From Candidatus Latescibacterota bacterium (GTDB taxonomy: Bacteria; Latescibacterota; UBA2968; UBA8231), in assembly GCA_965248265.1 (NCBI GenBank), contig CBDFJF010000002.1, positions 3,520,001 to 3,584,000 on the forward strand: a stretch of DNA of 64,000 nt, given 5' to 3'. Below the pieces are notes generated by a model, which was not told where the DNA came from, searched no databases, and was given only the letters and a program-made list of their open reading frames with translations. This document shows positions 20,906 to 28,306 of the stretch, piece by piece. Position 1 is the first letter of the stretch, and the number at the start of each line of letters is the position of its first letter. Position numbers and translations under genes: made by a program.

Positions 20906-21805
20906 TCAGGGTGCCCGCTTGTTGAGTTTCAATTTGACTAGGTTCGCGTTCAGTTCGCCACCCAACAGCAGGGTAAAGGCGATCAGGTACGCCGAGAGAA
21001 GCAGCAGAATCACACCGTACAGAAGTCCGTGAACAAAGTTGTAATAGCCCAAATTCTGCCCGATAAAGTAACCGAATCCGGCAGCGATAAGTGACCATAG
21101 GAGCAAGAACAGGAAACTGCCTGGAAGAACATCCACCCAGCGCTGGTCCACGTTGGGACCGATCCGGTAGATGACAGCCGCCACGACCAGCGCGCCGACG
21201 ATGCCTGCCGCGCGGCGGACAAGACTGGCCAGGGAGGGCATCTGCGTCGACAGGTGCCAGTTGAGACGCAGCCAGTGTTCCACCTGCTCACTGAAGGCGA
21301 TCAGGTTGAACAGAAACACCATGACGATTCCCATCGTCAGGATGAGAATAATCGACAGGATTCGTCTCGACCAGAACGACCGGGATTCATCGGTCTCATA
21401 CGCTCGATTGAGCGCATTCATCGTCGTCGACATGCTGGCCGATGCCGGCCACACAACGCCGAGAATGCCGATGAAGAAAAGACTTTCGGAGGATTCCAAC
21501 ACGTGTTGAACATTATCCGTTACTATGCCTCCCAGATGCCCGGGCACGACGATTCCCAGATCAGTCACCAGTTCGGCGAAGTCCTGAACTGAGATGTCGA
21601 GTACGGAGAGCAGGGTGGTCACCACGAGAATTCCAGGGAACAGGGCGAAGACAAAATCAAAAGCCATGGCAGCCGCTGCATCCGGACACTCATGCTGGTA
21701 CGCGGAGCGGATGGTCTGGCGCAGGACCATGTACCACGGAGTCGTCGCGGACGAATTCGGTTTCAGTTTAGCAGAGGTCCCTTCAGTCCCACGCACCATC
21801 ATCAC
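20906..21805 (-). CDS. YihY/BrkB family membrane protein
   Basis: AAAMAFDFVFALFP, ALNRAY...RSFW, LPGS, LLGGELNA. Confidence 0.88.
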   Translation of the reverse strand: MMMVRGTEGTSAKLKPNSSATTPWYMVLRQTIRSAYQHECPDAAAAMAFDFVFALFPGILVVTTLLSVLDISVQDFAELVTDLGIVVPGHLGGIVTDNVQHVLESSESLFFIGILGVVWPASASMSTTMNALNRAYETDESRSFWSRRILSIILILTMGIVMVFLFNLIAFSEQVEHWLRLNWHLSTQMPSLASLVRRAAGIVGALVVAAVIYRIGPNVDQRWVDVLPGSFLFLLLWSLIAAGFGYFIGQNLGYYNFVHGLLYGVILLLLSAYLIAFTLLLGGELNANLVKLKLNKRAP

Positions 21806-22644
21806 GTTCCGAGAATGACAGAGCGCAGGTCCCGCAACAGCTTGAGGGCGGCTTCGAGGTCGCCGGCTTGGTCCGGGGAGTATTCCCTTTCGATGGTCAG
21901 GGCGCCGGTGTATCCGAATGCATGGAGCCGTCGCAGAAACGCCTCTATGTCGACGTCGCCCTCTCCCAGCGGGCAGTCCTCATACCAGGGCTGACCGGCT
22001 TCTCTCTTGTACCGGGCATCCTTGCAGTGCACGCTGCGAATGTAAGTTCCCAGCAGGTCCATGGCTTCGAGCGGGTTTCCGGCATCATAGAGGATCATGT
22101 TGGCCGGATCGAAGTTGACTGCCAGGTTAGGTCGGTCAACCGCCTCGAGGAATGCCAGCAATTCGGCTGCCGTCTCCTGCCCGGTTTCGAGGTGGAAGCT
22201 CTGGCCGTTTCTGCCGCAGCGATCACACACTGCACGCGTCACTTCCACAAGCGGTGCGAACTGAAGGGCCTGGGGATCGCCCGGCACCGCCCCCAGATGC
22301 ATGCCGATGGCTGGAACGCCAAGCGCGTGAGCGAAATCCGCGATCTCCAGGGTCTGCTGCAGCCTGTCTTGCCGGGTGTGCTCGGGAACCAGTCCAACCG
22401 ATTCCTCGACACGTCGAATACTTGAGTAGTCGTCGTCCTCAAAGCCGACGAAAACCACCGTGATGTTGATTCCTGAGTCGTCGAAATTACGCTTGAGCGT
22501 CTCAGCTTGCTCCGGAGTTCGTTGGTCACGATGAGGGGCATGCAGGTGCACGGTTGTCGCCCCGAGTCGGCGCACCTGCTCGAGTCCAGCACCGAGCCCG
22601 GCGCCGGCCGACGTGAATATCCCGGAAGCCCATGGCTCCATCAT
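21802..22644 (-). CDS. sugar phosphate isomerase/epimerase (TIM barrel)
   Basis: LETGQE, VNFDPANM, VHCKD, PLGEGDVD, LTIERE. Confidence 0.85.
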   Translation of the reverse strand: MMEPWASGIFTSAGAGLGAGLEQVRRLGATTVHLHAPHRDQRTPEQAETLKRNFDDSGINITVVFVGFEDDDYSSIRRVEESVGLVPEHTRQDRLQQTLEIADFAHALGVPAIGMHLGAVPGDPQALQFAPLVEVTRAVCDRCGRNGQSFHLETGQETAAELLAFLEAVDRPNLAVNFDPANMILYDAGNPLEAMDLLGTYIRSVHCKDARYKREAGQPWYEDCPLGEGDVDIEAFLRRLHAFGYTGALTIEREYSPDQAGDLEAALKLLRDLRSVILGT

Positions 22645-22732
22645 ACACTCCCTGTATTGTGGTCAGGCGCCCGTGGCACGAGGGGGGGTTGTGCGGCCTT
22701 CGAAAACAGCTCTGGCGGTGTTCGGAGTCTCA

Positions 22733-24508
22733 CTAGAAACGTGTGGAATTGTGAACTTCCGCCGTGTTGCCGCCTTTTTCCTTGGCCCGGTAGAGTGTGG
22801 CAAGGAGAGCATCGTACACAGCGTCCACGGCCTCAGTATCCGATTCGCCGACCCTCCGTTCGACGGTAACGACTCCCAGGCTGGAGGCCAGCGGCAGGCT
22901 CATATCGTCTACCTTGATGTTTGCCGTTCCGAGGGTCCGCCTCATCTCGGTTGCCCGTTGCCGTGCCGCATTGCTATCCATTTGACCCGTCAAGACGAAA
23001 TTAGCCCCGTCCAGCCGATATAACTCGTCTCCTTCTTGCAGGAACCGACGAAGCCCTCTACCAGACTCCTTCAACATCCGGTCGCCGATGTTCCAACCGT
23101 GCTCGCGGTTTACCTTCGACACGTGGTCCAGACCGATAGCGATGCAGGAAATTGGTCCGGATTGCACCAGTGCACGCAGGATCTTTGGCAGGTTGATCCG
23201 GAAAAAGGTCAGTTTATTCGGCAAGCCAGTGAGTGAATCCTTGCCGATCAATTGTCGCCATTTCTTGTTGTCGGCTTCGAGTTCCTTAACCTGCTCTTTG
23301 AGGGTGGTGACTTCACCCTCCAGAACCGACACCTTGCGGGTGGCCTGGTCCTTGTCGGCAGCCGTCCCTTCCTCTACCTCGCTTTCACCCGCCGCCGCGG
23401 CCGTGCCCTTGTCAGCTGCCGGTGGGGAGGATTTGCGCTTGCCCTTGGTGGTCCCCGATTGATCGGCAGGCACCGGGCTCCCGTTCTTCTTGCTCTTCTT
23501 CTTCTTGGTCCCCTTCCCCTTAGCCGGTGCGGGGGTGGCTCCGTCTTCAGCAGCTTCTGTTCCGCCGCGGCTCTTATGTAAAGCGCGCAGCTCACGTCCG
23601 CGCTCGCCCGCCTTCTCCAACATCTCGCGAGCCCGGTTGACTGCGCCACCGACGATGGTCTTGTCGGAGATGATACTCAAACACTGCTGCATCGTCCCAC
23701 TGAAGAAGGTCGCCGCCTTCTTGTGGTCGTCCGCATCATCCGTAAGGGTGTACAGGCGAAACCCGATCTCGGCCAGGAGATACCGCAGACGTAGTTCGTC
23801 TTCAGCCTTGGCTTCCTTCAGGGTCTCGTAGTTGCGTTCGAAATAGGTACGGCTTTGTCTGAGCGCTTCGACCTCGCTCAGTACCACACTGGGCGATCGC
23901 GGATAGTCCTCGTGCGCAGGGAGGTCTTTCTTCCAACGACCCTTGGCTTTCGCCAGACTGGCTGAGATCGATTCAACCGAGGAGTCCGGATAAAACATCT
24001 CCTGATCGCGGTAGAGCCAACCGAGGCGCAGATAGTATCGGGCAATGTTGCCCGGGACGATGCGCATGCGACAGCACTGGCTGAATATGGCGAGATGAAA
24101 CTTGGCGATCGTGCTGCCGAGCTCATCCTCTTCGGCAACCCGCTTCAACAGCGATTGGGTAATGCCTTTACCGGAAGAGCTGGCGTTCTTGATCTGCTGC
24201 AGGGCGGGCTCGTTGAAACTGCGCTTGTAGGTTTGCGCGTCATCTCCAGAGGTTCGGTACTCGGCTTCGTCCAGCTCTCCCGTGAATCCGCATTTGGAGC
24301 ACGTTCCCAGGAAAAACATTTTGGGATCGACCGAGTCGAACCCCGGCTTCCCCCACTTGTAGGTAATCGGGTGACCGTCCCCATCCGTTTTTGCCGCTCG
24401 CGCCATATCCCGCTTGAGCCGGTAGAAGCTGTTGGCGGTCGAGCACACAGCGCACTTGATCTCGTAGGCGCGGCAAATTTGCTGGATCTCTTCCTGTGAG
24501 AGCTTCAA
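22733..24508 (-). CDS. DUF2225-like Zn-finger/helical protein fused to a degenerate GGDEF domain
   Basis: CAVC...CSKCGF, LRLGWLYR, YLLAEI; Lys-rich linker; coiled coil; DSLTGLPN...YRLDGANF. Confidence 0.7.
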   Translation of the reverse strand: MKLSQEEIQQICRAYEIKCAVCSTANSFYRLKRDMARAAKTDGDGHPITYKWGKPGFDSVDPKMFFLGTCSKCGFTGELDEAEYRTSGDDAQTYKRSFNEPALQQIKNASSSGKGITQSLLKRVAEEDELGSTIAKFHLAIFSQCCRMRIVPGNIARYYLRLGWLYRDQEMFYPDSSVESISASLAKAKGRWKKDLPAHEDYPRSPSVVLSEVEALRQSRTYFERNYETLKEAKAEDELRLRYLLAEIGFRLYTLTDDADDHKKAATFFSGTMQQCLSIISDKTIVGGAVNRAREMLEKAGERGRELRALHKSRGGTEAAEDGATPAPAKGKGTKKKKSKKNGSPVPADQSGTTKGKRKSSPPAADKGTAAAAGESEVEEGTAADKDQATRKVSVLEGEVTTLKEQVKELEADNKKWRQLIGKDSLTGLPNKLTFFRINLPKILRALVQSGPISCIAIGLDHVSKVNREHGWNIGDRMLKESGRGLRRFLQEGDELYRLDGANFVLTGQMDSNAARQRATEMRRTLGTANIKVDDMSLPLASSLGVVTVERRVGESDTEAVDAVYDALLATLYRAKEKGGNTAEVHNSTRF

Positions 24509-24583
24509 ATCAACATCCCGTCTGTCTGTTTTTCTGGGCCATACCGAGCAAGTGAAAAACTACGTCGTATGCTCTTGGCGCAC

Positions 24584-24621
24584 AACAAAAGGGGAATGAC
24601 ATCGAATAATGCCACTCCCCT
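24584..24621 (-). terminator. intrinsic terminator after sigma factor and small ORF
   Basis: Minus strand AGGGGAGTGGCAT-tattcg-ATGTCATTCCCCT-TTTGTT. Confidence 0.7.
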
Positions 24622-24649
24622 CTTCGGATTCGCCTGTGAATGAGCCTTG

Positions 24650-24802
24650 CTACATTGGTTGCTTGCTCTCGGCGGGATCAGCCCCTCCGTCCGGTTGGGC
24701 AGAACGAAGCACTGCTCTCACTTCCTTTCTCAAGTTTTGAATTCTGGCGTCTACTTCCTCGATCGAACGCAACAGCTCATCTTCCATCGCATCGGTGGGC
24801 AC
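24650..24802 (-). CDS. 50-aa coiled-coil small protein (absent from ORF track)
   Basis: GTG start 7 nt after AGGAGG; MPTDAMEDELLRSIEEVDARIQNLRKEVRAVLRSAQPDGGADPAESKQPM; followed by a terminator. Confidence 0.6.
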   Translation of the reverse strand: MPTDAMEDELLRSIEEVDARIQNLRKEVRAVLRSAQPDGGADPAESKQPM

Positions 24803-24904
24803 GGAAAGGCCTCCTGATAAATAAAAGCGACAGGGAGAAGGAGGAGGTACAAAACCACCCCTCGGCGCCGGAGTACACGCTTAGAGGCTTACCTGGGAGG
24901 GAAT

Positions 24905-25765
24905 TCAGGCCTTACTGTAGGTTCTCAACTGGTCGCAGCGACTGGGGTGTCGCAGGCGATGTAGTGCTTTCTCCTTGATCTGACGAACGCGCTCTCGTGT
25001 TAAGCCAAAACGAGCCCCGATCTGATCAAGCGTCATGGGCTCCTCTCCATCCAGCCCGAAGTAAAGCTTGACGATTTCGGCTTCGCGGCCTACAAGCGAG
25101 CCCAGTGCCGTGTCGATCTGGCCACGAAGACAACCACGCATGACCTGATTTTCAGGTGACTCCTGGCGGTCGTCGGCGAGAATATCGAGCAGGCTATGAT
25201 CTTCTTCTTCCTTGAAGGTGGCGTCGAGTGAGCGCATCGAACGTCCGCACAGTAAGGTCTCTCTGACCTCCTCCACGGGAACATCCAGCTCCTTGGCGAT
25301 ATCCTCGGGCTTGGGTGCATCGGAACGCTCTTGCTGAAGAAGGCGGGAGGCTTTCGAGATCTTGTAGAGCAGTCCGATCTTGTTCAACGGTAACCTGACG
25401 GTGCGGGACTGCTCCGCCAGAGCCTGCAGGATCGCCTGCCGGATCCACCATACCGCGTAGGAAATGAACTTGAACCCCTTCTTTTCATCGAAGCGTTCAG
25501 CCGCCGTTATCAAGCCCATGTTGCCGGCACTGATAAGATCCGTCAGCGGCACTCCGCGATTCTGATATTCCTTCGCAACGCTGACAACAAAACGCAGGTT
25601 GGCCTCAACGAGTCGGTTGCGGGCGTACTCGTCCCCTTTTTTTATCTTGCGTGCGAGATTCACCTCTTCCGATGACGACAGAGGTTTAGAGCTTGCGATT
25701 TCCCCAAGGTAACAACCGAGGGAATCTTCCATGTCCCAAAAAGAAGCCTTAGCTGTCTCGGCCAT
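24905..25765 (-). CDS. RNA polymerase sigma70 factor, RpoD/SigA family, lacking region 1.1
   Basis: ANLRFVVSVAK, GFKFISYAVWWIRQAI, LTRERVRQIKEKAL; 286 aa. Confidence 0.93.
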   Translation of the reverse strand: MAETAKASFWDMEDSLGCYLGEIASSKPLSSSEEVNLARKIKKGDEYARNRLVEANLRFVVSVAKEYQNRGVPLTDLISAGNMGLITAAERFDEKKGFKFISYAVWWIRQAILQALAEQSRTVRLPLNKIGLLYKISKASRLLQQERSDAPKPEDIAKELDVPVEEVRETLLCGRSMRSLDATFKEEEDHSLLDILADDRQESPENQVMRGCLRGQIDTALGSLVGREAEIVKLYFGLDGEEPMTLDQIGARFGLTRERVRQIKEKALHRLRHPSRCDQLRTYSKA

Positions 25766-25865
25766 GGGCCCGTCCTGAGTTGAGGGTTCGAAGACGCCAG
25801 TTCAAGATGCGCTACTACCTCACCATGATCAACGGAGCATGAATTCACACCACGATCAGGCACTA

Positions 25866-25894
25866 AAAATAGCCGGGGCGAAAAAAACTGTCAA
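25866..25894 (-). promoter_or_regulatory. sigma70 promoter of the sigma factor gene
   Basis: Minus strand TTGACA-N17-TATTTT. Confidence 0.55.
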
Positions 25895-25937
25895 GCCGAA
25901 ATATCCGCCCACTCAAACTGCGTCAACCTCAAGAAGT

Positions 25938-26669
25938 TCAATGGGTTGCCGCCAGGGCTTCGGATTGCAACGCCAGTAGCTTCTCGATCCCCGACCAGGC
26001 CATCTCGAGCATCTGTGCTGCCTCTGACCGGGAGAACGACTGGCCTTCGGCAGTGGCCTGGATTTCCACCAATTTACCGTCGCCTGTCATGACGACGTTC
26101 ATGTCCGTATCGGCTTGCGAATCCTCCCGGTAGCAAAGATCCAGCAGAACACGACCCTCAAGAATGCCGACACTTACAGCAGCAATCGCTTGTTGGAGAG
26201 GACTTTTTACTAGTTTACTATCTGATATAATAGCATTAACTGTATCTGCCAGAGCAACATACGCTCCAGTTACAGACGCTGTTCTGGTGCCGCCGTCAGC
26301 TTGAATCACGTCACAATCGATATGAATCGTGCGCTCTCCAAGCAGTTTGAGGTCCAAGGCCGCTCGCAGGCTGCGTCCGATCAGGCGCTGAATCTCCCGG
26401 CCCCGGCTGTTGACTTTGCCGGTTGAAGACTCACGCGGGATACGCTTGGGAGAGGACCCGGGAAGCATGCCATACTCCGCCGTCAACCACCCCTGGCCAG
26501 AGCCGACTAGAAAGCCGGGCACACTGTCCTCTATTGAGGCGGTGCACAATACCTTGGTATCGCCCATGCAGAGGAGGGCAGATCCGGGGACCGTATTCAG
26601 GTACCCACGGGTAATTTCAACAGAACGTAGCTGGTCAGGCAGCCTGCCGTCTCCTCGTGTCGTCGGCAT
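25938..26669 (-). CDS. rph: ribonuclease PH
   Basis: GWLTAEYGMLP, EIQRLIGRSLR, DCDVIQADGGTRTA, DMNVVM. Confidence 0.96.
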   Translation of the reverse strand: MPTTRGDGRLPDQLRSVEITRGYLNTVPGSALLCMGDTKVLCTASIEDSVPGFLVGSGQGWLTAEYGMLPGSSPKRIPRESSTGKVNSRGREIQRLIGRSLRAALDLKLLGERTIHIDCDVIQADGGTRTASVTGAYVALADTVNAIISDSKLVKSPLQQAIAAVSVGILEGRVLLDLCYREDSQADTDMNVVMTGDGKLVEIQATAEGQSFSRSEAAQMLEMAWSGIEKLLALQSEALAATH

Positions 26670-26681
26670 CCTACTCCAGTC

Positions 26682-27524
26682 TCAAGCGGATTGGGTGAAC
26701 ATCCGGTAGTCTTCTCCCTCCATGTCCACCATGTAGCACATTTCCAATAACCTGGAGTGGATCCGGCCCTCGGACAGCTGCTGAATTTCAGCAACGGGTT
26801 TGTTCGTCGTGATCACGGTCAGGCGCTCGTCCGCGTACCGGGCGTCCACCAGATCGTAGAGCATTTCAGTTTCCCAGTCGGTGCCACGTTGCACACCAAA
26901 GTCATCGAGTATCAGGTAAGGCATGTCGCACAATTCCTGCATGATCTGCCAGGTACGCCCATAATGATCACTGCCCGACGAGTAGGTGTCGCGCAATTGC
27001 TGGAAGTATTTACGTGACAGATTCAGGAACCGGCCTGGGCGGCCTCGGTGCAGGATCAGCTCATTGAGGATCACACAGGCCAGCAGCGTCTTTCCCGTCC
27101 CCGGGGGGCCATGCAGGAGATACCCTCGACGAGGGTCCCCTCCGTCTTCCAAAACGGCGCCCAGATAGTCAAGCACGGGCTTCACGTTGCGCGTCACTCG
27201 GAGACCAGAGCCACCGCCGGGAGCTGACCAGGAGAAATCTGCTCGGAACTTCCAGCGGAAACGACTCGGCAAGTCAGCGGCTGAGAACAACCGGCCCAGA
27301 CGAGTGAGCTGTCGCCTTGCGGCCGCGCAGGGACAGTATTGCCGACGGGATTCCTCGTCCCAGTACTGAAAAGGAGACTGACCGCCGCAGCGACACAACT
27401 CTTGCACGCAAGCGCACAACTTCAATGTGCCGTGGCGTCCAATAGCAACCTCTGGATCGAACACGACTCCTCGTCCTTGGCAACTGGGACATACAGAAGT
27501 CTGTTCCTGAACCTGTGCGGTCAC
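26682..27524 (-). CDS. DnaC/DnaI/IstB-like AAA+ ATPase with Cys-rich N-terminus
   Basis: GPPGTGKT, LILDDFG, LVDARY, ITTN, RIHSRL; N-terminal CPSC, CAC..CRC, CPC. Confidence 0.82.
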   Translation of the reverse strand: MTAQVQEQTSVCPSCQGRGVVFDPEVAIGRHGTLKLCACVQELCRCGGQSPFQYWDEESRRQYCPCAAARRQLTRLGRLFSAADLPSRFRWKFRADFSWSAPGGGSGLRVTRNVKPVLDYLGAVLEDGGDPRRGYLLHGPPGTGKTLLACVILNELILHRGRPGRFLNLSRKYFQQLRDTYSSGSDHYGRTWQIMQELCDMPYLILDDFGVQRGTDWETEMLYDLVDARYADERLTVITTNKPVAEIQQLSEGRIHSRLLEMCYMVDMEGEDYRMFTQSA

Positions 27525-28004
27525 TCACCCCACCTCTTTCAAAGCGCGTTGAATCGCTCGATCGGCATCTCTTCGTGCGATATCCTGGCGTTTATCGTAC
27601 TCGCGTTTTCCACGAACCACGGCAAGCTCGACCTTGGCAAATCCGCGAACGTTGAAGTAAACCCGCAAGGGGACGACGGTCAGTCCCTTTTGCTGGGTCT
27701 GCTCAGTTAGTTTGCTGATCTCCCTGCGATGCAAGAGCAGCTTCTTCGGCCTGTCTGGATCATGATTGAAATGAGTCGCCGCGAGATATGGACTGATATG
27801 TACGTTGTGAAGGTAGAGTTCGACGCCGTCAACGCGAGCGTAACTATCCCGAAGATTGAGCTTGGCCGTGCGTAGCGACTTTACTTCGGTTCCGCTCAGG
27901 ACAAGCCCCGCTTCGTAGGTATCAAGCACCTCGTAGTCATGCCTGGCTTTGCGATTTTGCGCGACAACCTTGATCCCAGGGTTGGAATCGCTCGATTTTG
28001 ACAT
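27525..28004 (-). CDS. smpB: SsrA-binding protein
   Basis: NRKARHDY, AGLVLSGTEVKSLR, KLLLHRREI, GKREYDKR. Confidence 0.97.
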   Translation of the reverse strand: MSKSSDSNPGIKVVAQNRKARHDYEVLDTYEAGLVLSGTEVKSLRTAKLNLRDSYARVDGVELYLHNVHISPYLAATHFNHDPDRPKKLLLHRREISKLTEQTQQKGLTVVPLRVYFNVRGFAKVELAVVRGKREYDKRQDIARRDADRAIQRALKEVG

Positions 28005-28073
28005 CCTTCCTTACCTTTTTGCAACCCATCATCACCTTGACTGTGACGGGCTCTCCCTTAATTTAGCAAGCGT

Positions 28074-28107
28074 GCCGAAGTGGCGAAATTGCCGAAGTGG
28101 CGAAATT
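28074..28107 (+). repeat. 17-bp perfect tandem duplication of the tRNA-Leu 5' end
   Basis: GCCGAAGTGGCGAAATT at 28074-28090 and 28091-28107. Confidence 0.9.
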
Positions 28108-28178
28108 GGTAGACGCGCTACGTTCAGGGCGTAGTGGGGTTAATCCCCGTGTGGGTTCGAGTCCCTCCTTCGGCACCA
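28091..28178 (+). tRNA. tRNA-Leu(CAG)
   Basis: GCCGAAG/CTTCGGC acceptor stem, anticodon arm CTACG-TTCAGGG-CGTAG, long variable arm, GGTTCGAGTCC, encoded CCA. Confidence 0.95.
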
Positions 28179-28207
28179 TTCTATAACTTGCACTGGCAGA
28201 ATAAATT

Positions 28208-28240
28208 AGCCGGGCCATCTGTTCGATGGCCCGGCTTTTT
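28208..28240 (+). terminator. intrinsic terminator after tRNA-Leu
   Basis: AGCCGGGCCATC-tgttc-GATGGCCCGGCT-TTTT. Confidence 0.85.
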
Positions 28241-28306
28241 AATGTAGGTCTGAACGGCCCTGGCGTCCAAGAGTACGGACACCCAGGGCCGTCTTCGCGC
28301 AACCAG

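Noticed and set aside
24509-24904. tmRNA, 6S or another ncRNA near smpB and sigma
   Set aside because: No tRNA-like ends were recognised; a small ORF plus a terminator explain the gap
26682-27524. IS21 element or prophage
   Set aside because: No istA, terminal repeats or phage genes nearby
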